64,000 nucleotides of DNA from Yaniella sp. Lineage in GTDB: Bacteria > Actinomycetota > Actinomycetes > Actinomycetales > Micrococcaceae. The notes under the pieces were generated by a model. That model was not told the origin of the DNA, did not search any database, and saw only the letters and a list, made by a program, of their open reading frames with translations. The stretch is taken from contig DATBUK010000025.1 of NCBI GenBank assembly GCA_036516155.1, positions 3,991 to 67,990 on the forward strand, read 5' to 3'. Both the position numbers and the translations under genes were made by a program. Position 1 is the first letter of the stretch; every line of letters starts with the position of its first letter. Of this stretch, positions 49,694 through 58,856 are shown piece by piece.

Positions 49694-50020
49694 TCAGCTG
49701 CCGCGGTAGGTGGAATACGCGAACGGACTCAACAGCAACGGAACGTGATAGTGCTTCTGCCCCGCATCGACTTTGAAATCGATGGTGATAGACGGATAAA
49801 ACGTTTCAACGTTCCGGCTGGCGAAATAGTCGCCGGTTCCAAAGGTGATCCGGTAGATTCCGGATTCCAGGGTTTCTGGGCCCAAATCGGGCACGCGGCC
49901 GTCGTCATTGGTGACAGCCTGAGCAATCTCGGCACCATCGCTGTGCTGCAGGGAGATCGTGATCCCTGGAGCAGGCGTGCCAAGAGAGGCATCAAGGACA
50001 TGGGCGGTAACAAAACTCAT
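49694..50020 (-). CDS. uraH: 5-hydroxyisourate hydrolase
   Basis: HVLD, TNDDGR, HYHVPLLLSPFAYSTYRGS. Confidence 0.96.
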   Translation of the reverse strand: MSFVTAHVLDASLGTPAPGITISLQHSDGAEIAQAVTNDDGRVPDLGPETLESGIYRITFGTGDYFASRNVETFYPSITIDFKVDAGQKHYHVPLLLSPFAYSTYRGS

Positions 50021-50508
50021 GAAAACAATCCTTCTAAGCGGAGACGAGCGATTTGATTGAGCTGTTCTGCGGTTTCTGCCATCTCTTGTTCTGGAGAGTT
50101 GTCAAGACGACGGCGCAGTTCAGCTAAGATTTCCTGCGAGCTTCGACCTGCCGCGCGGATGAGGAATACTTGATCGAACCGTTTCTCGTATTCAGCGTTG
50201 CCTCGGTCTAATTGCGCTTGGACGTCCTCATCAATGCCCAACCCGGCTTGTTCATGACGCGAAAGGGTCGCTTCTTTCGTCTCACCTTCGGCACGTTCGC
50301 CGATGCGCGGGTGATGAGCGAGGGCTTGAATCACTTCGGCAGGCGTCAACTCATTGCCGGATTGTTCCGCACGATCAAGGAGCTCATGCACAGTGGTGTA
50401 GGGGCGATCTTGTACGATGTCGTCTATCCAGCGTTGGACATCGAGGCACGGCCTTACGAGCTGTTCAGCCTCGGCTTTCGAGAGGGCATTAAATGTTTGC
50501 ACGTCCAC
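50017..50508 (-). CDS. uraD: OHCU decarboxylase
   Basis: ALAHHPRIG, SRHEQ, NAEYEKRF, FLIRAAG, IARLRL. Confidence 0.93.
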   Translation of the reverse strand: MDVQTFNALSKAEAEQLVRPCLDVQRWIDDIVQDRPYTTVHELLDRAEQSGNELTPAEVIQALAHHPRIGERAEGETKEATLSRHEQAGLGIDEDVQAQLDRGNAEYEKRFDQVFLIRAAGRSSQEILAELRRRLDNSPEQEMAETAEQLNQIARLRLEGLFS

Positions 50509-50518
50509 GCGATATATC

Positions 50519-50554
50519 CTCCACCATGTGAAAATTGTATTCCATGTCGCGTAA
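50519..50554. promoter_or_regulatory. Tandem IclR/AllR-type operator upstream of uraD
   Basis: Minus strand TTACGCGACATGGAA-TACAAT-TTTCACATGGTGGAG; TTGACT at 50581-50586. Confidence 0.62.
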
Positions 50555-50733
50555 TATAGTGAACTGCCTCACGCCCCAAAAGTCAAGCCTCAGCAGGGGT
50601 GTCCCTTCAGTGCGGTCTGCCTATCGAGAGCTGACGTGTCTGTGCATGTGAGCCATAAAGGCCGTCCCGAAGTTTTCCACATATCTCATGTAGGGCAGTG
50701 CCCGATCCTGCTCGGTGTAGTAGTTCTGTAGTC

Positions 50734-51032
50734 GTGCATTCGATAGACTGGCGGTACGGGGCCAAGCATATGTGGGAGCGACATGGCATCACTGAAAAGC
50801 AAGCCAACGAGGCTGTTGCTGATGTCGAGGCGCTGTGGTTTGATCCAAACCCGAGCAGCCGCTCAGGTAGGAGTCTTAGGGTCATCGGCTATAGCTACAG
50901 CAGAAGAAGGGTCCTGACCATTATTTTGGTTCGGAGTGAGACAGGCCGATGGTATTGGGGTGCAAACGGCTGGGAAGCTAATAGTTCGACAGACGTCGCT
51001 ATGCAAGGAATATTTATGGGCATCGAGAATGA
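50734..51032 (+). CDS. BrnT/RelE-like toxin; reads into the antitoxin as given, native stop probably TGA 51030-51032 after a 1-nt indel near 50987
   Basis: IDW...HMWERHGIT..QANEAVAD...RVIGYS...LTIILV; the alternate frame gives DRRRYARNIYGHRE-stop. Confidence 0.6.
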
Positions 51033-51330
51033 AATTCAATCCATCCAACAAGAGTCCGAAGCAACCAGAGACCTCCCCTTGCCAGATGAGGTCGTTGGGG
51101 AACGGCGTGGCAACTCGGTGGTGAAGTCAGTTCGCTTGCCGGAAGCTGAGTATAAAGAAATTGAACAATTGGCTGACAAAAGCGGTATACCCGTTAGCGC
51201 ATTGATTCGTGGTTGGATCTTGCAAGGTTTAGCGGCAGAACGAGACCTGTCCTTACATGGCGCCATTGAGCGCGTGGTGGGAGAGGCGGATCGTTTGCGC
51301 GGAATAGCGCGTAAAGATGATGTCGCTTAG
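51016..51330 (+). CDS. Ribbon-helix-helix (CopG-like) antitoxin
   Basis: RBS AAGGA before ATG 51016; RHH pattern KSVRLPEAEYKEIEQLA...VSALIRGWI. Confidence 0.68.
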   Translation: MGIENEIQSIQQESEATRDLPLPDEVVGERRGNSVVKSVRLPEAEYKEIEQLADKSGIPVSALIRGWILQGLAAERDLSLHGAIERVVGEADRLRGIARKDDVA

Positions 51331-51346
51331 CCGCGAAGGGAAAGCT

Positions 51347-51386
51347 TCGGGCCGGGAAGATACCGCATGGTATCTTCCCGGCCCGA
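51347..51386. terminator. Bidirectional hairpin between the TA pair and paaZ
   Basis: 18-bp stem TCGGGCCGGGAAGATACC/GGTATCTTCCCGGCCCGA. Confidence 0.75.
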
Positions 51387-51417
51387 GTCACATGGTGTGA
51401 GTTGAAGCGTTTGGTCC

Positions 51418-53520
51418 TTACTTCGCGTATTGTTCTGGCCAGGTCTTGGTGACCAGGGTCAGCACATCGTAGGTCGCAACAATCTCGTCGTTCTGGTTGT
51501 GCAGTACAGCATCCCAGCGGACTTCACCGTATTCATCGGTGACACGAGGGGTGATCTGCTTGGCGGTCAACGTGACGCGAACCGAGTCGTCGTAGGTGAC
51601 CGGGGTGATGAACGACAGGTTCTCCAGGCCGTAGTTGGCGAGGACTGGACCTGGTGCGGCATCAACGAACAGGCCGGCTGCCCACGAGACCAGCAGGTAG
51701 CCGTGAGCCACACGACGTGGGAAGAATGGGTTTGCCATGGCGGCTTCTTCGTCGACGTGTGCGTAGAACTTGTCGCCGGTTTCTTCGGCGAAGTCCAGGA
51801 TCTCCTGCAAGCTCACGTGGCGCAGTTCTGAGGCGAACTGATCACCGATACGCAGGGTATCCAGTGGCTTACGGAATGGGTGTTCGCCCGAGCCATTATC
51901 GACCTGTTCACGGGTGACGGTGTTGGCCTTAGCGCCCTGGTGCCATACGCCGGTGACGGCGGTGAGCATATCGGGTGAACCCTGTAATGCGGTGCGCTGC
52001 ATGTAGTGCTTGATCGCGCGGACACCACCGAGTTCTTCGCCGCCACCTGCACGACCTGGGCCACCGTGGACCAGGTGCGGCATTGGCGAGCCGTGACCGG
52101 TCGAGGTCTTGGCGGTGTCACGGTTCAAGACGTGGACACGACCGTGGTGGGAGGAAATGCCCAGGGTCGATTCGGCGACGAAAGTTTCGTCGTTTGAGGT
52201 CACGGTGGCTACCAGTGAACCAGCGCCACGAGCAGCCAGACGGACCGCCTCGTCGACCTCACCGTTATAAGTAATGACCGAGGTGACCGGGCCGAAAGCT
52301 TCCACGGTGTGGACGGCATCGGTGTCGGCGTCTTCGAATTCCAGGATGGTCGGCGGGAAGAACGCACCGGAGTCGTCATACTGATCGATCTGATCTGGGC
52401 CACCGAGACGGACTTTGCCGCCGGCATCGATCAGCTGCTTGGTCGCTGCAGCAACGTCGTCTTGCTGTTCCTTGGAAGCCAGTGGACCCATCGTGGTGCC
52501 CTCAGCATCGGCTGGACCAATCTTGACCTTGTCGTTCAACCGGTCAGACAGCGCGGTAATGAAGGGTTCTTTGATGGACTCTGGGACGATGACGCGACGG
52601 ATTGCGGTACATTTCTGACCGGCCTTGGCGGTCATCTCCACAAAGACAGCCTTGACGAAGGCATCAAATTCTGGCGTATCTTCTTTGGCATCCGGGCCCA
52701 GGATCGCAGCGTTGAGTGAGTCAGCTTCGGCGGTGAAGCGGACGCCGCCGTTCTGGACACTCTCGTGGCTGCGCAGCGTATTGGCGGTGTTCAACGAGCC
52801 GGTAAAGGCCACGTGGTCGCGGTAATCCAAATGATCCAGCAGGTCGCCGGCCGAACCCGACAGTAGCTGCAGGGAACCTTCGGGCAAGATGCCTGATTCC
52901 AGCATGATGCGTACGGCGGCTTCGGTGATGTAGCCGGTCGAGGTGGCAGGCTTGACGATTGTCGGCACACCAGCGACGAAGCTGGGTGCGAATTTTTCGA
53001 GCATGCCCCACACCGGGAAGTTAAAGGCGTTGATCTGGACAGCTACACCGGGGATACGATTGTAGATGTGCGTGCCGAGGAACGAGCCGTCGCGGGATAG
53101 CGTTTCGGTTTTGCCATCGATGACGACGTTGCTATTTGGCATTTCCCGGCGGCCTTTTGAGGAGAACACAAAGAGCGTCGAAATACCACCGTCGGTGTCG
53201 ATGTAGTGGTCGCGCTGGGTCGCACCGGCACGGTAGGAGATTTCGTAGAGTTCTTCCTTGCGGCCGTTCATGTACTGGGCGAGCTCTTTGAGTTTCAGGG
53301 CCCGCTCGTGGATGGTCAGTTCACCTAGTGACTTTTGACCTACGGTGCGTGCGTAGTTGACCATACCGGCGATATCGATGCCTTCAGATGAAACCCCGGT
53401 GATGACTTCGCCGGTGTTGGCGTCGACGGCTTGTGCAACTTTTTCAGGGTTTTCAGGGGCCTGCCATTGACCCTGTGCGTACGAAGGCAGGATGGTTTGG
53501 GATGGTGCATTAATTGTCAT
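51418..53520 (-). CDS. paaZ: Bifunctional oxepin-CoA hydrolase / aldehyde dehydrogenase
   Basis: INAFNFPVWGMLEK, EADSLN, KAGQKCTAIRR, EAFGPV, and C-terminal MaoC domain TGDKFYAH...AHGY. Confidence 0.95.
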   Translation of the reverse strand: MTINAPSQTILPSYAQGQWQAPENPEKVAQAVDANTGEVITGVSSEGIDIAGMVNYARTVGQKSLGELTIHERALKLKELAQYMNGRKEELYEISYRAGATQRDHYIDTDGGISTLFVFSSKGRREMPNSNVVIDGKTETLSRDGSFLGTHIYNRIPGVAVQINAFNFPVWGMLEKFAPSFVAGVPTIVKPATSTGYITEAAVRIMLESGILPEGSLQLLSGSAGDLLDHLDYRDHVAFTGSLNTANTLRSHESVQNGGVRFTAEADSLNAAILGPDAKEDTPEFDAFVKAVFVEMTAKAGQKCTAIRRVIVPESIKEPFITALSDRLNDKVKIGPADAEGTTMGPLASKEQQDDVAAATKQLIDAGGKVRLGGPDQIDQYDDSGAFFPPTILEFEDADTDAVHTVEAFGPVTSVITYNGEVDEAVRLAARGAGSLVATVTSNDETFVAESTLGISSHHGRVHVLNRDTAKTSTGHGSPMPHLVHGGPGRAGGGEELGGVRAIKHYMQRTALQGSPDMLTAVTGVWHQGAKANTVTREQVDNGSGEHPFRKPLDTLRIGDQFASELRHVSLQEILDFAEETGDKFYAHVDEEAAMANPFFPRRVAHGYLLVSWAAGLFVDAAPGPVLANYGLENLSFITPVTYDDSVRVTLTAKQITPRVTDEYGEVRWDAVLHNQNDEIVATYDVLTLVTKTWPEQYAK

Positions 53521-53545
53521 GAGGTGAAAAACTCCTTCATTACAG

Positions 53546-53579
53546 TCTGAACGGTCGTTCAGTAATTACGGTCAGTATA
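53546..53579 (-). promoter_or_regulatory. paaZ promoter -10 TATACT (53574-53579) and PaaR-like operator at 53546-53567
   Basis: Minus strand AATTACTGAACGACCGTTCAGA. Confidence 0.62.
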
Positions 53580-53636
53580 GCGCAGATTACATTGACCGGC
53601 CAGTTGTTTATGCGTTACAGGTCACCACTACAGCAC

Positions 53637-54455
53637 CTATTTGTTGCGACCATCCAGAAACGCTTGCATCCGATCGAATTTGGCTTCGGATTCAAAAAGT
53701 ATGGCTTGTCCCAGGTCATCCACCCATGGGTGCGCTGACGGCGGCATCTGGAAGACGCGCTTCGTCACTTGGACTGCGAGCGGATCTTGTTTGGCAATAT
53801 TGTCGGCCAATTCGTGGGTCGCGGTCATGAGCTCTTCGGGCTCATGGACTGAGTTCACCAGCTGGTATTGCAGCGCTTCTTCGGCGTTGAGGATGCGTCC
53901 GGTCAGGAGCAGTTCCAAGGCGATGGATTCGCCAGCGAGTTCCTTAATCCGCCACATTGCGCCGGCAGCTGGAGAAATGCCAAGACCGGTTTCGGGTTGA
54001 CCGACGCGCACCGTGGTGGTCGCGACTCGGAAGTCAGCGGCCCACGCCAGTTCGGCCCCACCGCCAAGCGCGAAGCCATCAATGGCCGCAATGACCGGCA
54101 TGGGCAGCGCCTTGATGCGGGAGAAGATTTTGGAGTTTACTCCGCGCAAGGCATCTGCCCGGCGGCGTTCGCGTAGCTGGCTGATGTCCGCTCCCGAGGC
54201 GAAGATGCCGCGTTGGCGGGTTGGGTCTTTCGGGTGCGGGGTGGTCGTACCGGTAATGATCAGGATCGTGGGGTGATTTTCGAGCCATTGGCACAGCGCA
54301 TGGAATTCATCGACCATGGTTTGATCAATCGCGTTGAGAACTTTTGGACGGTTCATGGCCGCGACGACGCGGTCGCGTTTGCCCTCGTCAATGCGGATGT
54401 CGAGGGCCTCGAAGTCAGCTGTGAGCTCGCGCAGGTCGTTGAAGTGGTCAAACAT
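53637..54455 (-). CDS. Enoyl-CoA hydratase (PaaF-like)
   Basis: FASGADI, ALGGGAEL, GQPETGLG (both catalytic Glu); RBS AAAGGAAA. Confidence 0.85.
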   Translation of the reverse strand: MFDHFNDLRELTADFEALDIRIDEGKRDRVVAAMNRPKVLNAIDQTMVDEFHALCQWLENHPTILIITGTTTPHPKDPTRQRGIFASGADISQLRERRRADALRGVNSKIFSRIKALPMPVIAAIDGFALGGGAELAWAADFRVATTTVRVGQPETGLGISPAAGAMWRIKELAGESIALELLLTGRILNAEEALQYQLVNSVHEPEELMTATHELADNIAKQDPLAVQVTKRVFQMPPSAHPWVDDLGQAILFESEAKFDRMQAFLDGRNK

Positions 54456-54492
54456 GATTTCCTTTCGTGTGTGGTGAGCTACTGAACATGCA

Positions 54493-54532
54493 ATGGCGCT
54501 GGGCCCCACCTGATAGTGGTGCCCAGCGCCAT
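54493..54532. terminator. Hairpin downstream of the MFS gene
   Basis: Stem ATGGCGCTGGGC/GCCCAGCGCCAT. Confidence 0.55.
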
Positions 54533-54556
54533 GCTGCATTTCGTGCGGTATGTAGT

Positions 54557-55921
54557 TTAGAGCTTAGCTGGTGCAACTTCTGCGGTGACGTCCGATGTCA
54601 AAGCATCCGCATCATCAGATAGGTCGCGACCCTCTACGGATTTTGGCACCATGACCACTGCGATCAGTGAGATGGTCGCCAGTCCGGCGATGTAGACACC
54701 GATCATCCATGACTGTCCGGTGGCATTGAGGATCAGTTCGGAGATCATCGGTGCAAATGCGCCACCGATAATCGAACCGAAGGCATAGCCAATCGAAACG
54801 CCCGAGTAGCGAACCGAAGCCGGGAACATCTCCGCGTACAGTGCCGATTGAGGACCATACGATGGGCCAAGACCCACGGTCAGCAGGACGATCGCCAGGG
54901 TGAATAAGAACAGCGATGCGGTGTCAATGAGGAACCACATCGGGATGGCCCAGGCAATGATCCAGGCGTAGCCGATGATGAACGTCTTGCGCTTGCCGAT
55001 CTTATCGCCGATCCAGCCACCAAACATCGTGAACACGAGCCAACCGATACCGCCAACGATAGAGGCGACCAGGGTCGCAGACCGTGGCATGCCGAGCACG
55101 TTAGCGCCGTAGGACGCGAAGAAGGCGATGACCAGGTACCCGGCGGCGTTATTTGCCGCAAAGATCAGCGCAGCCAGGATGACGGGGCGCTTGTGGTTGC
55201 GCAGCAGTTCGCCAAGTGGAGCTGATGACTCTTTGCGACGTTCTTGCATTTCGGTAAAGACCGGGGATTCTGACACGGCCCTACGGATGAGGTATCCGAT
55301 CAGGATCAGGACTACTGACGAGAGGAAGGGGATACGCCAGCCCCAGCTGAGGAACTGTTCTTCGGTGAGGAAATTGGTAATGAAGAACATGAACAAGGTC
55401 GCCAGGATCATGCCCAGTGGGACACCGATCTGTGGGTACGACCCGAAGAATGAGCGGCGGTTTTTCGGTGCGTGCTCAACAGACATCAGGGCGGCACCGC
55501 CCCATTCGCCACCTGCCGAGAAGCCCTGCAGGATACGCATCGCAATGAGCAGGATTGGGGCTCCCACACCGATCGCGGCGTAGGTGGGAAGTAGACCAAT
55601 CGCTGCGGTGGCGACACCCATGCCCATCAGGGTCAGCACTAGCATCAGTTTTCGGCCGTATTTATCGCCGAGGTGGCCGGCAATAATCGCACCGAGTGGT
55701 CTAAAGAGGAACGAAATGCCTACCGAAGCCCACGACACAATCTGTGCGAGGCCGGGATTATCTTCGGCCAGCGGTTCGAAAAAGAGCGGCGCCAGCACGA
55801 AGGCCGCGGCCTGGGCATAGATGAAGAAGTCATACCACTCGATGGTGGTCCCGACGAGGGTTCCTGCAAGGACGCGGCGCTCTTCGGAGCGCGAGTGTGT
55901 TGCATGAGCAGAGGTAGTCAT
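54557..55921 (-). CDS. MFS metabolite:H+ symporter (MHS family), probable phenylacetate uptake
   Basis: GTTIEWYDFF, RILQGFSAGGEWGGA, WGWRIPF, ESPVF; PaaR-like box upstream. Confidence 0.88.
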   Translation of the reverse strand: MTTSAHATHSRSEERRVLAGTLVGTTIEWYDFFIYAQAAAFVLAPLFFEPLAEDNPGLAQIVSWASVGISFLFRPLGAIIAGHLGDKYGRKLMLVLTLMGMGVATAAIGLLPTYAAIGVGAPILLIAMRILQGFSAGGEWGGAALMSVEHAPKNRRSFFGSYPQIGVPLGMILATLFMFFITNFLTEEQFLSWGWRIPFLSSVVLILIGYLIRRAVSESPVFTEMQERRKESSAPLGELLRNHKRPVILAALIFAANNAAGYLVIAFFASYGANVLGMPRSATLVASIVGGIGWLVFTMFGGWIGDKIGKRKTFIIGYAWIIAWAIPMWFLIDTASLFLFTLAIVLLTVGLGPSYGPQSALYAEMFPASVRYSGVSIGYAFGSIIGGAFAPMISELILNATGQSWMIGVYIAGLATISLIAVVMVPKSVEGRDLSDDADALTSDVTAEVAPAKL

Positions 55922-56012
55922 AGTCTCCCCAATGATCTGGTGATTGGTGTGGCAGACCCGTCAGTGCGGTGAGGTTGGCCGGGGTGTGGCCATCAAGTCC
56001 AGCTGTGGTGTA

Positions 56013-56068
56013 ACTCACTGAACGATCGGTCTGGAAAGATATTATGACACACTGTGAGTGCAGTCACA
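56013..56068. promoter_or_regulatory. PaaR-like operator (56013-56034) and perfect CRP/GlxR-type site (56053-56068)
   Basis: ACTCACTGAACGATCGGTCTGG and TGTGA-GTGCAG-TCACA. Confidence 0.65.
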
Positions 56069-56166
56069 AGTTCAGCGCAAAAAAGCGACGATTATGACCT
56101 CTGGATACAGCAAACGACATAGTCATATGAGTTTTCACATGACTAGGTCGCGTTGCGAAACTGTTC

Positions 56167-57270
56167 TTATATGTCGGTGCGGTAGTGCTCCAGCTTGTCT
56201 TCGTCGATCTCAGCTCCGACTCCGGGGAGGTCTCGGATAGCAATGCGGCCGTCTTTGATTTCGATCGGATCGGCTAGCAGGTCGTCGGACATGTCGAGGA
56301 AGTTCGAAAGTTCGCCCGCGCGTGCTGATGAGGCGCGGTGGGCAGCACCGAAGGTGACGGTCGCCATCGAGCCGATCTGGGTGTCAATCTGGTTGCCCAT
56401 CGTCACATCGACGCCTAGGCCGGTGCACAGGCCCAGGATTTCGGTGGCTTCGGTGAACCCAGAGCGGGCCGTCTTGATGCAGATCGCGTTGGCGCCGCCC
56501 GAGAGCAATTCGCGAGAAGCGTCCCCTGCGGTCGGCACGGATTCGTCGGCGACAATCGGGATCGGGGAGTGGTCTACCAGGCGGCGACGACTCATCGCTT
56601 CTTTGGCGTCGCATGGTTCCTCGAGCATGGTCAATCCGAGGTCGGCGGTTTGTCGTAAGACTTCCATCGCCTCGTTGGCGGTCCAGCCGCGGTTGGCGTC
56701 GAGGTAGATTTCGACGTCGTCGCCTAGGCCTTCGCGCAGGACGTGGCATGCTTCAATGTCGAGTGCCAGCGGGCGGCGGCCGACTTTGAGTTTGAAGGTC
56801 GTGATGCCGTAGTCCTCGCCGAAACGTTGGGCTTCTTCGAGGAGCTCTTGGGCGGGTTTGAAGCCGAGCATGTGGCTGACTCGCATGGAGTCGGTGTAAC
56901 CGCCGAGGAGTTTGTGGACCGGGGTCTCAAGTGCTTTGCCCATCAGGTCCCAGAGGGCAATATCGACGGCACCTTTGGCGACCTGGTTATTGATGGTGCG
57001 GTGCATGACCTCGTGCACTTTTTCGCGGTCAAAGGGATCCAGGCCGATGATCTCTGGGCCGAAGATGTCTTCGACGATGACTTTGATCGACGTCTGAGTT
57101 TCCCCGTAGGTGTAAGGGCGCGGTGGGGCATCAGCTGTGCCGGTGATTCCGGCGTCAGTGTGAATCCGCACCACAATGTGGTCTGCGGTCGTGACCTCAC
57201 CCGAAGCAAATTTCAGTGGCTGCGTGTATGGAATCGCATAGGGGATAGCTTCAATAGCCGTGATCTTCAA
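56167..57270 (-). CDS. catB: Muconate cycloisomerase (enolase superfamily)
   Basis: FKLKVG, LDANRGW, LEEP, ADES, IKTARSG; next to LysR and catC. Confidence 0.85.
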   Translation of the reverse strand: MKITAIEAIPYAIPYTQPLKFASGEVTTADHIVVRIHTDAGITGTADAPPRPYTYGETQTSIKVIVEDIFGPEIIGLDPFDREKVHEVMHRTINNQVAKGAVDIALWDLMGKALETPVHKLLGGYTDSMRVSHMLGFKPAQELLEEAQRFGEDYGITTFKLKVGRRPLALDIEACHVLREGLGDDVEIYLDANRGWTANEAMEVLRQTADLGLTMLEEPCDAKEAMSRRRLVDHSPIPIVADESVPTAGDASRELLSGGANAICIKTARSGFTEATEILGLCTGLGVDVTMGNQIDTQIGSMATVTFGAAHRASSARAGELSNFLDMSDDLLADPIEIKDGRIAIRDLPGVGAEIDEDKLEHYRTDI

Positions 57271-57294
57271 AGTCCCTCCCAGGGCTTAGTGTGT

Positions 57295-58197
57295 TCAATC
57301 ATCTTGGGTCTCTAAATCTTCGGCAGCCTGGCGGATCAGCTCGATGATCGAGGTCAACAGGGGACTCGTGTTCCCTGCCTTCCAGGCCACAGCCATGCCT
57401 ACCGAAACCCCTTCAGCCAGTGGGCGAATGACGAGGGAAGAGTTCAAAGGCAACGATTGGGAACCCGGCAGGAAACCGATCCCAAGGCCAGCCCCAATCA
57501 GTGCAATCAGTGTCGAGGTTTCGGTGGCTTCTTGGACAATGCGCGGACGAAAACCGGCTTGGCGGGCCAATTCGGATACCACAGATGCCACTGAGGACCC
57601 CTGCGGGTAGCTTACAATCTGTTCCTCGGCGAGTTCTGCGACGCCGATGGGCCCGTCTTCTGCTGCCAGGCGGTGATGACGAGGCAGTGCCACCACGAGT
57701 TCGGAAGATCGAATCTCGTCGAGTTCGATTTCTGCTGAGCGTACCGGTGGGCGTAACACCGCGGCATCGAGTCTGTTCTCCAGGAGAGCTTCCTCCATTT
57801 GCGGAGTGAGCATTTCACCGGAAATTTGAAGCCGAACCAGCGGGAGTTGTTCAGTCGCACGGCGCACAATCTCTGGCATCAAACGGTAGGTAGCGGTCCC
57901 AGAAAAGCCAAGGCGCAACACTCCAGCTGCCCCTCGGCCCACTTCAGCCACATCCGTGGTGGTCGCCTCGACATCAGCCAGGATTTGGCGGGCGCGTTCA
58001 AGTAACAGCGCGCCGGCCTCGGTGAGCTCGACCTTGCGGGTCGTGCGCTCTAGCAGCAGCGTGCCCAGCTCTGCCTCGAGCTGTTTGATCTGACTGGACA
58101 GCGGTGGCTGTGCCATGTGAAGGCGGTCCGCAGCACGGCCGAAATGTTTTTCTTCTGCGACGGCAACGAAGTAGCGCAGGTGGCGTAGTTCAACCAT
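57295..58197 (-). CDS. LysR family regulator (CatR/BenM-like)
   Basis: LRHLRYFVAVAEEKHFGRAADRLHMAQPPLS. Confidence 0.92.
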   Translation of the reverse strand: MVELRHLRYFVAVAEEKHFGRAADRLHMAQPPLSSQIKQLEAELGTLLLERTTRKVELTEAGALLLERARQILADVEATTTDVAEVGRGAAGVLRLGFSGTATYRLMPEIVRRATEQLPLVRLQISGEMLTPQMEEALLENRLDAAVLRPPVRSAEIELDEIRSSELVVALPRHHRLAAEDGPIGVAELAEEQIVSYPQGSSVASVVSELARQAGFRPRIVQEATETSTLIALIGAGLGIGFLPGSQSLPLNSSLVIRPLAEGVSVGMAVAWKAGNTSPLLTSIIELIRQAAEDLETQDD

Positions 58198-58304
58198 GGC
58201 TGCTCCTTTACTGTTGTGCCGTATCGCCGGGGAAGGCTACTTCCGATGTGATTAGGGTACGGCGGGGAGCCATGACAAGTGAAAGACATGTTTTGGGATT
58301 ATTC

Positions 58305-58348
58305 ATATGTACAGAATATCAATAAGGGAAATTATCGTACTTCTGTAT
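58305..58348. promoter_or_regulatory. Candidate LysR T-N11-A boxes in the divergent LysR/catC region
   Basis: ATAT-N7-ATAT at 58305-58319 and ATCG-N7-GTAT at 58334-58348; TACAGAA/TTCTGTA inverted repeat. Confidence 0.45.
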
Positions 58349-58545
58349 CTTGATTCGAAGGTTTAGAGTGAACTCAGTCATCGCACCCCGTGACCACGGG
58401 CATCGGTTCGAGCGGGGTTTTGCTCGCAGCGCACAGTACTCATCGCACGTGGAGCAGCCCTGCGCGCGAACCCCGTGGTGCTTAGGGTTAGCCTGGAAAG
58501 CAGAGTTTCAGTACAGGGTGCTGATCATCAGTGAAAGGATTTGAG

Positions 58546-58848
58546 ATGTTATTTCTTGCCCGTATGGATGTAACCTTCCCGGAGACCATGGATGCAGACA
58601 CCAAGGCTGACTTTCAGGCTCGCGAAAAAGAGTATTCCGGCAACCTTCAGCGCCAAGGCATCATGAAGGGCATTTGGCGTGTGGTCGGTGAATACGCGAA
58701 CTACTCTATCTTCGATGTCGTCGGTCACGACGAACTCCATGACACCCTGTCGGGTTTCCCAATGTTCCCCTACATGAACGTCAACGTCACCCCGCTGGCC
58801 AAGCACCCGAATGCGACCGTCGACGACTTCTTTGCGGCGGGCTCCTAA
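58546..58848 (+). CDS. catC: Muconolactone delta-isomerase
   Basis: MLFLARMDV, WRVVGEYANYSIFDV, ELH, TPLAKHP. Confidence 0.95.
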   Translation: MLFLARMDVTFPETMDADTKADFQAREKEYSGNLQRQGIMKGIWRVVGEYANYSIFDVVGHDELHDTLSGFPMFPYMNVNVTPLAKHPNATVDDFFAAGS

Positions 58849-58856
58849 GTCGTTTC

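Noticed and set aside
50698-51330. Single 210-aa novel protein
   Set aside because: It is better explained as toxin plus antitoxin joined by a 1-nt deletion (see findings).
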